From: Planctomycetota bacterium
Lineage (GTDB): Bacteria; Planctomycetota; Planctomycetia; Pirellulales; Lacipirellulaceae
DNA length: 64,000 nucleotides
Direction: 5' to 3'
NCBI GenBank assembly: GCA_039190745.1
Contig: JBCCXZ010000002.1
Span: 76,508 to 140,507 of the forward strand
Within the stretch, counting starts at the first letter, position 1; the number at the start of each line of letters is the position of its first letter. The translations under genes and the position numbers were made by a program. Of the stretch, positions 52,834 to 61,581 are shown in pieces. Below the pieces are notes generated by a model. That model was not told the DNA's origin. It did not search any database and saw only the letters and a program-made list of their open reading frames with translations.

Positions 52834-53232
52834 ATGCCCGCCACGGTTGAAGAAGCCCTCGGCACCGGCCGCCGCAAGACCTCGGTCGCCCGCGTCCGCA
52901 TCCGCTCCGGCAGCGGCAAGCTCACGATCAACAAGCGTGAACTCGAAGAGTTCTTCCCCACCGAACAGGATCGCCGGGCCGTACTCGCTCCGCTAGAGGC
53001 CTGCGAGGTCCGCGGCGATGTCGACGTAGCCATCCGCGTGCACGGCGGCGGCACCACCGGCCAGGCCGGCGCGTGCGTCCAGGGCATCGCCCGCGCCCTG
53101 CTGCGGCACGACAGCGACCTGCAGGAGAAGCTCCGCGAGGGCAACTTCCTCACCCGCGACTCGCGGATGAAAGAACGGAAGAAGCCCGGCCTCCACGGTG
53201 CCCGCCGCGGGACGCAATTCTCGAAGCGTTAG
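52834..53232 (+). CDS. rpsI: 30S ribosomal protein S9
   Basis: GTGRRKTSVARV, GGGTTGQAGA, LTRDSRMKERKKPGL..QFSKR. Confidence 0.98.
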   Translation: MPATVEEALGTGRRKTSVARVRIRSGSGKLTINKRELEEFFPTEQDRRAVLAPLEACEVRGDVDVAIRVHGGGTTGQAGACVQGIARALLRHDSDLQEKLREGNFLTRDSRMKERKKPGLHGARRGTQFSKR

Positions 53233-53260
53233 CCGCTTACCGGACCGATGCGAGAGATAC

Positions 53261-53292
53261 AAAGGCCGCCCCAGAGAGGGCGGCCTTTTTTT
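53261..53292 (+). terminator. Rho-independent terminator of rplM-rpsI
   Basis: AAAGGCCGCCC-CAGAGA-GGGCGGCCTTTTTTT. Confidence 0.9.
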
Positions 53293-53337
53293 GTGCCGGC
53301 AGGAACCCACTATCAGTGGCGTGACTCCAAGTGTCTT

Positions 53338-53409
53338 GGGTGGCACTGGCATCTTGCCAGTGCTGCAGCAGTATCTAGGTGCCACACTGGCGAGACGCCA
53401 GTGCCACCC
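53338..53409. repeat. REP-like doublet, family 3
   Basis: GGGTGGCACTGGCATCTTGCCAGTG inverted against CACTGGCGAGACGCCAGTGCCACCC. Confidence 0.88.
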
Positions 53410-53539
53410 CACTTGAAATACCGGGTTCGATGAACGGAACCCCCGGCCGCCACGCGGGTTGAATGCCATAGCGGGGCCGCCGTGGTATCCTTTGGGCTGC
53501 GGCTCCCGAGCCGGCGGAACATTTTTTCGAGGAGGCGCA

Positions 53540-55162
53540 ATGCTCAGACCGCTCCTTCAGGCCGTGCTGGCCATGCAGCTCGCGTCGGGTGCACTCCTCG
53601 TCGGTGCGGATCAACCGCCCGCCAGCGACACCGCCGCCGCGGTCGACGCCGCCATCGCCGAGGCCTTTTTCGTCGACGGCGTCCAGCCGGCAGAGCCGAC
53701 CGACGACGCCGCCTTCGCCCGCCGGGTCTGGCTCGACATCGTGGGCGACATCCCCACGCCAGAAGAGCTCACCGCCTTCGTGCTCGACCGGGCGCCAGGA
53801 AAACGCGCCCGGCTCGTCGAGCGGCTGCTCGCCCAGCCGGAGTACGGGCAGAACTGGTCCCGCTACTGGCGGGACGTAGTCTTCTCTCGGGCGATCGAAG
53901 ACCGCGTGAAGATCGCCGCCAACGCCACCGAGGTCGACCTCCGCGAGCGGCTCAACGCCGGCGACGGCTGGGACGCGATCGCCGCCGCGTTCATCACCGC
54001 CAAGGGCGACGTCCAAGAGAACGGCGCCTGCGGCATCATCGCCGCGGCCGACGGCCGGACCGAAGAGGCCGCAGCCGAGGTGTCGCGCATATTTCTGGGC
54101 ATCCAGATACAGTGCGCCCAGTGCCACGACCACCCGTACGACCGCTGGAAGCGCGAGCAGTTCCACGAGCTGGCCGCGTTCTTCCCGCGGGTCGGCGTCC
54201 GCCCGGTGGCGACTCCGTCGAAGCGCAGCCAGGAGGTCTTCACGAACGACCGCAGCGGCCCCCGCCGCGCCGTCCAGGGCAACCGGCCGCAGCCCGAACA
54301 CTACATGCCAGACCTCGAGAACCCCAAGGCCAAGGGCTCGGAGATGCGGCCGCGGTTCTTTCTGACCGGGGCGGAACTCTCGACAGGCAAGCGGGACGAG
54401 CAGCGCCGCGAGCAGCTCGCCGAGTGGCTGACCGACAACGAGTGGTTCTCGATCGCGCTCGTGAACCGGATCTGGGCCGAGCTGGTCAGCGAGGGCTTCT
54501 ACGAGCCCATCGACGACATCGGCCCCGACCGCGAAGCGACCGCGCCCGAGGCGCTGAGGCTGCTCTCAGAAGGGTTCACCGCAAGCGGGCACGACCTCCG
54601 CTGGCTCTTGAATGCCATCTGCCGCACCGAGGCGTACCAGCGAGAAGCACGACCGCGGCGGGGCGTGGGCGGCAAGGCGTTTGTCGCAAACGCCCCCCAG
54701 CTTCTGCGGGGCGACCAGCTCTACGGCGCCCTGACGACTGCTTTGGGCATCGACGAAACGGACGACAAGAAGCCCGGCTTCCGCGGCGGGTTCGTCCCCA
54801 GGTACGACCGCAGCGTCACCACGCGGCAGCTGTTTGTGAGCGTGTTCGAGTACGACCCCAGCGTAAGCCGCGACGAGGTCGCCCCGGCGATCCCCGAGGT
54901 GCTGGCGTTGATGAACGCGCCCCAGATCCAGCGGGCGGTTTCGGCCAAGAAAGGCACCGACCTCCGCCGGCTGCTCGACGCGATCGACGACGACGCGGAC
55001 CTCGCCGCAGAGGTCTACCTGCGTTGCCTCTCGCGGGCGCCGACCGAAGACGAGCTCGCCGCGTTCCTCGACTATCGGGCAAGTACCGGCAAGCGCGGGG
55101 CCGCCTTCGAAGACCTGCAATGGGCCTTGGTGAACTCGGCCGAGTTCCGCTACCGGCCGTGA
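53540..55162 (+). CDS. DUF1549/DUF1553 (PSD1-type) planctomycete protein
   Basis: FARRVWLDIVGDIPT, FLGIQIQCAQCHDHPYDRW, VNRIWAEL, EDLQWALVNSAEF; GGAGG RBS. Confidence 0.9.
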   Translation: MLRPLLQAVLAMQLASGALLVGADQPPASDTAAAVDAAIAEAFFVDGVQPAEPTDDAAFARRVWLDIVGDIPTPEELTAFVLDRAPGKRARLVERLLAQPEYGQNWSRYWRDVVFSRAIEDRVKIAANATEVDLRERLNAGDGWDAIAAAFITAKGDVQENGACGIIAAADGRTEEAAAEVSRIFLGIQIQCAQCHDHPYDRWKREQFHELAAFFPRVGVRPVATPSKRSQEVFTNDRSGPRRAVQGNRPQPEHYMPDLENPKAKGSEMRPRFFLTGAELSTGKRDEQRREQLAEWLTDNEWFSIALVNRIWAELVSEGFYEPIDDIGPDREATAPEALRLLSEGFTASGHDLRWLLNAICRTEAYQREARPRRGVGGKAFVANAPQLLRGDQLYGALTTALGIDETDDKKPGFRGGFVPRYDRSVTTRQLFVSVFEYDPSVSRDEVAPAIPEVLALMNAPQIQRAVSAKKGTDLRRLLDAIDDDADLAAEVYLRCLSRAPTEDELAAFLDYRASTGKRGAAFEDLQWALVNSAEFRYRP

Positions 55163-55200
55163 AGCCCGCCACCGAACTCGTCCTCAGCGAGGAGCGATCG

Positions 55201-56502
55201 ATGAATCCGAATCTTCAGCACCACACCCGCGTGGCCGTCCGTCGCGGAGCGGTCGTCGGGCGACGCGACTTCCTGCGGACCGCGACGCTCGCATCCCTCG
55301 GCGCTTCGTCGCTCAACCTGACCGACGTGCTGACCGCTTCGGCCGGCGAGCTGCGTAAGCGCGGGAAGGCTTGCATCCTGCTCTGGATGCAGGGCGGCCC
55401 CTCGCAGTTCGAGACCTTCAGCCCCAAACCAAACCACCGCTTCGGCGGAGGCACTAAGGCCATCTCCACCGCGGTACCCGGCATCGAGTATGCGGAGAAC
55501 CTGCCCGAGTGCGCCAAGGTCGCCGACCAGCTGGCGGTGATCCGCTCGATGACCAGCCGCGAGGGCAACCACCAGCGGGCGACCTTCTTGCTGCACCACG
55601 GCTACCTGCCGATGGGCGGCGTGAAGTTCCCCACGCTGGGCTCGAACGTCGCCCACCAGATCGGGGACGACGACCTGGCGCTGCCCAGCTACGTCCGGGT
55701 CGGCCGGCGGCTGGCCAACGGCGGAAGCGGCGGTTTCCTCGGGGTCGAGTACGACCCGTTGGAACTCAACTCGGCCAAGAGACCCCCGGACAACACCGTG
55801 CCGCCGTTCTCTGAGAAGCGTTTCGAGCGGCGGCTTAGCCTGCTGAACCGCCTCGGGGGCGCCTTCCACGCCAACGGGGGCTCCGAAGCGGCCGCCGACC
55901 ACCGCAAGCTCGTCGACCGGGCCGTCGGTATGGTCACCAGCCCAGAGATGGAAGCCTTCGACCTGGCGAAAGAGCCCGACGCGTCGCACGAACTGTACGG
56001 CGAGGGCGACTTCGCCAGCGGCTGCCTGCTCGCTCGCAGGCTCGTCGAGCGGGGCGTCCCCTTCGTGGAAGTCGTCTCCCCGGGGTGGGATACGCACCAA
56101 GACAACTTCAATCAGGTCGGCGAACTTGCCGCACGGGTCGACCGGCCCACCGCGGCGCTCGTCGCCGATCTCCACGACCGGGGCTTGCTCGACGACACCC
56201 TGGTCGTGTGGATGGGCGAGTTCGGCCGCACCCCACAGATCAACGGCCGCAGCGGGCGCGACCACTTCCCGCGGGCGTTCAACGCGGTGCTCGCAGGCGG
56301 CGGGGTACGCGGCGGCCAAGTGGTCGGAGCCACAAACGAAGGCGGCAACGAAGTAACCGACCGGCCCGTGCTGGTCGAAGACCTCTTCCGCACAATCTAC
56401 CACGCCCTAGGAATCGACGCCGACCACGAGAATATCAGCCGCATCGGCCGGCCGATCAAGCTGGTCGAGGGCGGCGCCGTGGTGCAAGAACTCTTCGGCT
56501 AA
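55201..56502 (+). CDS. DUF1501 protein with Tat-like signal
   Basis: GRRDFL; ILLWMQGGPSQFETF; CLLARRLVERGV; WDTH; GEFGRTP; GRDHFP. Confidence 0.92.
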   Translation: MNPNLQHHTRVAVRRGAVVGRRDFLRTATLASLGASSLNLTDVLTASAGELRKRGKACILLWMQGGPSQFETFSPKPNHRFGGGTKAISTAVPGIEYAENLPECAKVADQLAVIRSMTSREGNHQRATFLLHHGYLPMGGVKFPTLGSNVAHQIGDDDLALPSYVRVGRRLANGGSGGFLGVEYDPLELNSAKRPPDNTVPPFSEKRFERRLSLLNRLGGAFHANGGSEAAADHRKLVDRAVGMVTSPEMEAFDLAKEPDASHELYGEGDFASGCLLARRLVERGVPFVEVVSPGWDTHQDNFNQVGELAARVDRPTAALVADLHDRGLLDDTLVVWMGEFGRTPQINGRSGRDHFPRAFNAVLAGGGVRGGQVVGATNEGGNEVTDRPVLVEDLFRTIYHALGIDADHENISRIGRPIKLVEGGAVVQELFG

Positions 56503-56514
56503 GCCCGACCGAAC

Positions 56515-57219
56515 CTAGGCCGCGTCCGGCTCCGACAGGTCCGCCACATCGGCGTCCGCGGGGAACAGAGCCTCGTTGATTGCCGGCAGCATCACCTCAG
56601 CGAACTCGGCCGCCGCGCTCTGCTCCATCGGCTCGTTGGGGTCGGCGACGCCGCTGGTAAAGTAGAGCTTGTACAACGACCGCGAGAGTCCGTAGTGCAT
56701 CCGCTGACTGTCGGGCGCCTCCCACTTCTTGAATTCGTCTTCGTTCCAGGCCCAGAAAACCCGCTCGGTCCGCCGGATGCTGGCGTTCTCTTTCTCAAAC
56801 TTCGCGGTGTAGAACACCCCTTCCGAGTCGCCCGGCAGGTCGACCACGTACTTCAGCTGCTTGCTCTTCTGGGCGAACCCCGAACTCGGGTAGCAGACGT
56901 TCGGCGTGTGGCGGGTGATGTCCCGTGAGTGGCCGACAATCAACCACAGCGTCACGCTCTGGTCGGTCTCGGAGTTGCGGTACACGCGGCTCACGTACTC
57001 CACCGCGCCGGCGGTCCGACGCACCAGCTCCTCGACCGGCAGGTCTTCGCCCTGCCAAGAGCCGATCTGAAGCGGCACGCGCGAGAACTGATCGACGAAC
57101 AGCTGCGTGTCGACGGTTGTTTCGCCCCAACGGTCTTTGATCGCCAGGCCTTCGTACGCGGAAGCCGCGACGACGAACATTAGGGCGATCGCCATCGGCA
57201 AGTAGTCTCGGATGCTCAT
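56515..57219 (-). CDS. Exosortase-associated EpsI-like protein
   Basis: N-terminal TM; VPLQIGSWQGED; YVSRVYRN; HTPNVCYPSSGF. Confidence 0.8.
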   Translation of the reverse strand: MSIRDYLPMAIALMFVVAASAYEGLAIKDRWGETTVDTQLFVDQFSRVPLQIGSWQGEDLPVEELVRRTAGAVEYVSRVYRNSETDQSVTLWLIVGHSRDITRHTPNVCYPSSGFAQKSKQLKYVVDLPGDSEGVFYTAKFEKENASIRRTERVFWAWNEDEFKKWEAPDSQRMHYGLSRSLYKLYFTSGVADPNEPMEQSAAAEFAEVMLPAINEALFPADADVADLSEPDAA

Positions 57220-57393
57220 CGTGGGGGGTAGCCTGCTGCGTGGGTCTGCTGACCGTGTGGGTGTGCCGAGCGGTAAGCGTTCTACCGTGCGGCGGCTCCA
57301 ACGGCCTCAACGCAAGAAACGCGGGCCGAAACCTGTGGGCGGGCCGAGGGGGTCGAACCCGCCTAGGAGCCTCAACCTCTGGAGCACAGAATT

Positions 57394-57422
57394 ACCGTAG
57401 GCGTGGCCCGGCGGGGTGTCAA
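57394..57422 (-). promoter_or_regulatory. Sigma70-like promoter upstream of the epsI-like gene
   Basis: Minus strand TTGACA-17 nt-TACGGT. Confidence 0.55.
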
Positions 57423-57508
57423 GAATTGGCGACCGCGGGTCGCCAGGCAGGCCGCGCCAGCGTCTCTATTGCTACAACCAGACGCGACAGTCTGTTGCGA
57501 GATCGAGT

Positions 57509-58489
57509 TTACTGCCCGCGGGACGCTTCGTCCTCACCGGCAGCCGACTCGTCGAACGAGGCCGGTTGGACGCCCGTGTCGTCACCGGCCCACACCGCGG
57601 CCTGAACCGGGCCGTTCCCGTCGACGGTCGCGATGGCTCCTGCCGGCTCGACCGTTGCCGCCCGCACCACGCGCTGGGCAACCGGGTTGACCAAGGCAAA
57701 AGCCTGCCGGGGCGGCCCAGCGGGCATCACAGCGGCGTCGCTAGCGAAAGTCGCGTCTCCGGCGGGCTCCGATCCGTAGCCCACACGCGAGGCGGGGGCG
57801 GTCGACGAAGCGTCGAGGCTTGGCGGCAGCACTGGCGGTATGTCGAGCAGCGGCTCGGCGCTAACGGCTGGCTGCACGGGCGCCGGGTGGTAAGTCGTGG
57901 GGTCGGGGATGGCCTCAAAGGGGTCGACCAACCCCAGCGGAGCCGGCATGTACGGACGGATTGCGGGGGCCGCTCCTCCGACGCCGTCTGTGGCGGTCAC
58001 CGGCGCAGCGGCAACGCCGTTGGCGATCGGTAAGCTCAGCACCGGCACGCCGCCCTGCAGCGGCAACACTGCGGGCACGCCGTCGGCCGGCGCGGCCTCT
58101 TCCTCAGCCTCATCGTCGTCTTTATCCCGATCAGGCTTAGCCGGCCCGCGGAGGTCTTCGTCGACCGCCTCGGGGCGCTGGAAGCCCGGCAGCTCTTCTT
58201 TCAGTTGCTCCTCGGCCTCAGCCTCGGCGGTCTCGGCGGCAGACGGGGCGTCGCCCGGCCAGCGGCGCCAGTTGGTGTGGTAGAAGCCCCACTCCAGGCG
58301 GTTGGGTCGGCATACGCCGTCGGCCTCGCAAGGGCAGGGGACGTCCGGCCGGACGCCGGTCGCGGCGGCCGTGCCGACGCACTGCAAGACCGCGCACAAC
58401 GCGATCCAACCTAGCCGATGCGTGCTGCTGTTCCGCCCCGTGCGACGGTATCCGGTGCCGGTCATCTGCTCACCCCTGTTCGGCGCCAT
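57509..58489 (-). CDS. Secreted hypothetical protein with a short Cys/Trp motif and a low-complexity tail
   Basis: Signal-like segment; CPCEADGVCRPNRLEWGFYHTNWRRWPG; Pro/Ala/acidic tail. Confidence 0.7.
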   Translation of the reverse strand: MAPNRGEQMTGTGYRRTGRNSSTHRLGWIALCAVLQCVGTAAATGVRPDVPCPCEADGVCRPNRLEWGFYHTNWRRWPGDAPSAAETAEAEAEEQLKEELPGFQRPEAVDEDLRGPAKPDRDKDDDEAEEEAAPADGVPAVLPLQGGVPVLSLPIANGVAAAPVTATDGVGGAAPAIRPYMPAPLGLVDPFEAIPDPTTYHPAPVQPAVSAEPLLDIPPVLPPSLDASSTAPASRVGYGSEPAGDATFASDAAVMPAGPPRQAFALVNPVAQRVVRAATVEPAGAIATVDGNGPVQAAVWAGDDTGVQPASFDESAAGEDEASRGQ

Positions 58490-58631
58490 GCTGCTTGCTA
58501 CTTCTCAGTGAAACGAACTGTCGGGTCACTGCGGCCCCCGTGGACCGCACTCGTAAGTTCCCCGCTTCTTGTGGACTCCCGCTGCCTCGGTCAGCCCACC
58601 CTAAGCGGGGCTGACCGTGGCCGACTCTTGC

Positions 58632-59711
58632 TTAGAACGTGTTGGCCAGGCCGAACCGCACAATACGGTTGGCGGTCGACGTGCCGAGCGACACGAACCC
58701 GAACACCCGCTCCAGCGGCCCGAGCACCAGGTTGGTGACCGACGACACGCGGGCCAGTTTGCTCTCGGCGATGAACAAGCGGTCGCCGGGGAGCAGCTGG
58801 TAGTTGGTGGCGGTCGAGGCGCCCTTGGTGATGTCTTCCCAGCTGACCGGCAGGATCTGTTCGCAGCCGACGCCGTTGGGCGCGGGCCGGGCGATCCAGA
58901 GCTTGGTCGAGGACTGCTGCGAGATGCCGCCCACCACCGACACCGCGTCGAGCACGGTCTCGTTGCCCGTGATCGGGGCGCGGACCACGTTGTCCCCAAA
59001 GCCGGCGCCCTGCGTCACGATGTAGTAGACCTTGCTGTTGTACGCGAGGATGTCGACAAACACCTCGGGGTCGTCGAGCTTCTTGGTCAGCTGTTTCTTG
59101 ATCGCCTCGGTCGCGTCTTCAAGTGTCATGCCCGCAACGTACACCGAGCCGTAGGTGCCCAGGTTGACGCGCCCGTCGGGAGCCACCAGGTGCTGCCCGG
59201 TAATCTGCTGGGCGCCGGCGGTCTGGATCAGCGAGATCGACACGTCGACGTCGGTCAGGATCTGCTGCAAGTGCGTCCGGACCACGTCCTCGGCCTCTTC
59301 GATGGTCTGGCCGATCAGCTTCACGCGGCCGTAGGCGGGGCCCAAGTTGACGCTGCCGTCGGAGTCGACCGCGTAGGCGTCGTCGATCGGCTGCTCGGGG
59401 AAGGCGCCCGAGACGCGGATCAACAGCACGTCGAACGTCTCGATCTCGTGCGGCGACTTCGGCACCAGCTTCACACCCTCAATCAAGAGGATGTCCGGCG
59501 GCTCGATCACGTATCGCGGCAGCGTAATTTTCTCCAGTTCCCGTGGCACCGGGCTCGTCTTGGGCGCCTCGGGGGGAGTCGCCGGGTACGGGTCCCGCGG
59601 CTCGAACACGGCCTGACAACCAACGCCGGAAAACACAACGAGCATCAGCAACCCGGTGCGTATCTGGCCCGATCGCTGGGCTCGTCGGACGGTGGCGGTG
59701 TTCGCAGTCAT
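58632..59711 (-). CDS. Polysaccharide export lipoprotein (Wza/Poly_export family)
   Basis: Lipobox GVGC; YVIEPPDIL; two Poly_export-like repeats (VDSDGSVNLG, VAPDGRVNLGTYGSVYVAGMTL); NYQLLPGDRL. Confidence 0.9.
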   Translation of the reverse strand: MTANTATVRRAQRSGQIRTGLLMLVVFSGVGCQAVFEPRDPYPATPPEAPKTSPVPRELEKITLPRYVIEPPDILLIEGVKLVPKSPHEIETFDVLLIRVSGAFPEQPIDDAYAVDSDGSVNLGPAYGRVKLIGQTIEEAEDVVRTHLQQILTDVDVSISLIQTAGAQQITGQHLVAPDGRVNLGTYGSVYVAGMTLEDATEAIKKQLTKKLDDPEVFVDILAYNSKVYYIVTQGAGFGDNVVRAPITGNETVLDAVSVVGGISQQSSTKLWIARPAPNGVGCEQILPVSWEDITKGASTATNYQLLPGDRLFIAESKLARVSSVTNLVLGPLERVFGFVSLGTSTANRIVRFGLANTF

Positions 59712-59970
59712 GGTGGACCCCTGAATGGTCGCGCTCGGTGCAAGCGGTGGACGATCCCGCCGATTCGCCAAGGCTTATCGGACGGTTACAATGGCTATAA
59801 TCGGTAAAGCTTCACACCGACTTGCGGGCTACTGCTCGGAATGGCCAGAATTCGCGGCCGAGACGCCGCTAGCACCTTCGTTCCGGCGGCACTCCGCTGG
59901 CGTAGCCCGCGGCTGAATTCGCGGCCGCCGTCGCAAGTTGGCCCCGTCGCCGCCGGGCCTCCGCGGCAGT

Positions 59971-59999
59971 TTGACAGATCGGCCGGGGAGCCATATTCT
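59971..59999 (+). promoter_or_regulatory. Sigma70-like promoter upstream of the exosortase gene
   Basis: TTGACA-17 nt-TATTCT. Confidence 0.65.
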
Positions 60000-60318
60000 C
60001 GAATCCAAGGCGTCCGCACGGGGTTCCCCCGTTCGTGACGCCGCTACGGAACACCCGTCTGGCACGAAGCCACACGCCGCACTGATCGCGGCGCCCGGCA
60101 GTTTCGGGGAGATTTGGTTCCGAGAGGGCGTGGTTCCGAGGGGACCGCGCGGCCCGCTCGACCACCCCGGACGCCGTTTGCTAGCTACCCGCGTGTGCCG
60201 GAATCGCGGCCCGGCCCAGCCGGCTCTTGCGACCACAGCAACTATCCTCGGCGTGGAGTTTCCCGCCCGGGCTCCAGAACAGACAAGACGCCCCAACACA
60301 GCAGCAGCACCGAACAAC

Positions 60319-61260
60319 ATGAGCACCGCCGCATCGTCTTTCGCCAACGTCGACGAAGACCAACACGAGCCGCTCTCGCCGGCCGAGAACCGCAACGCCT
60401 GGATCGCGTTCTGGCTGATGATCGCCGCGATGACGTACGGCTACCTGAACATGCTCATCTACACCGCAAGCTACTGGTCGGAAGACCTGTACTCGCACGG
60501 GTGGATCGTGCCGCTGTTTGCCGGCTACCTGCTCTGGGTCCGTCGGAAACCGATCCAGCGGGTCGAGGCACGCGAACGGTGGATCGGCGTCGGTATGATT
60601 GCCGCCGGCCTCGGCCTGAGGCTCTTCGGCTCGTACTACGACATGGACCCGCTCGACCGGATCTCGTTCATCGTCTGCCTGGTCGGCATCTGCCAACTCA
60701 TCGGCGGCTACTCCATGATGAAATGGGCCGGCTTGGCCGTCGCCTTTGTGGTCTTCATGTTCCCGCTGCCGGCGCAGCTGCAGTACACGGTGCTGACCGG
60801 CCTGCAGAAGGTCGCCGCGGTCTGCAGCACCTTCGTCCTGCAGATGCTTGGCGTGCCCGCCCTGCGGGACGGCAGCCGGATCATGATCGATCAGCTCCCG
60901 CTGGAAGTGGCAGACGCCTGCAGCGGCCTGCGGATGTCGACCATCTTCCTCGCGATGTGCGTCGCGATGGCCATGCTGGTGGAGCGCCCCTGGTGGGACC
61001 GCTGCATCATCCTGCTGAGCGCCATCCCCATCGCGCTGGTGACCAACATCATCCGGATTACCGTCACCGCCCTTCTGTTTATGTGGTTCGGCATGGAAAA
61101 CAAGACCATCGAGTACGTCATCCACGATTACGCGGGGCTGGCCATGATGCCCATCGCTCTGGGGCTCTTGGGGCTGGAGTTGAAAATACTGACCAACCTG
61201 ACGCTGCCGATCGAAACGGACGACTACAGCGGTTTCGGCGCCGGCGCGGCGGCAACCTAG
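60319..61260 (+). CDS. Exosortase (exosortase/archaeosortase family)
   Basis: YSHGWIVP; Cys in VADACSGLR, Arg in NIIRIT, His in IHDYAG; about 8 TM helices. Confidence 0.92.
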   Translation: MSTAASSFANVDEDQHEPLSPAENRNAWIAFWLMIAAMTYGYLNMLIYTASYWSEDLYSHGWIVPLFAGYLLWVRRKPIQRVEARERWIGVGMIAAGLGLRLFGSYYDMDPLDRISFIVCLVGICQLIGGYSMMKWAGLAVAFVVFMFPLPAQLQYTVLTGLQKVAAVCSTFVLQMLGVPALRDGSRIMIDQLPLEVADACSGLRMSTIFLAMCVAMAMLVERPWWDRCIILLSAIPIALVTNIIRITVTALLFMWFGMENKTIEYVIHDYAGLAMMPIALGLLGLELKILTNLTLPIETDDYSGFGAGAAAT

Positions 61261-61581
61261 GGGCCCTGGCGAATGCGCCCCGGCGGGATGGTCGCGTTTT
61301 CGCCACCCGCTGCGTGGAACTTCGGCATCACTGGGATCATCAAAGAGGGGCCAGGGGCCCGTTCCGCCGACGACGACCCGAATATTGCCGTGTTTGCCAG
61401 GGTTGGCCCGCGACTTGCTCCACTACGGATCGACGCGGAAACCGTCGGTCTCATCACCCAACCCGACGAGCCGGCTGTGAAGCGGTTTCCGTACTAGCCC
61501 GAACCCGACCGTTTGGCCCGCCCAGACAGTCCAGCCGCCCAAACCAGCGACACCCTTTTCTGAAACAAGGATAAGGCACCC

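Noticed and set aside
53482..56502. 1006-aa ORF suggesting a long fusion to DUF1501
   Set aside because: The N-terminal ~570 aa are an Arg/Pro-rich alternative frame overlapping the DUF1549 gene. The real gene starts at ATG 55201 with a Tat-like signal.
57335..57392. tRNA-like T-arm (GGGTTCGACCCC) on the minus strand
   Set aside because: I could not build a D-arm, anticodon arm or proper acceptor stem; probably a leader hairpin.
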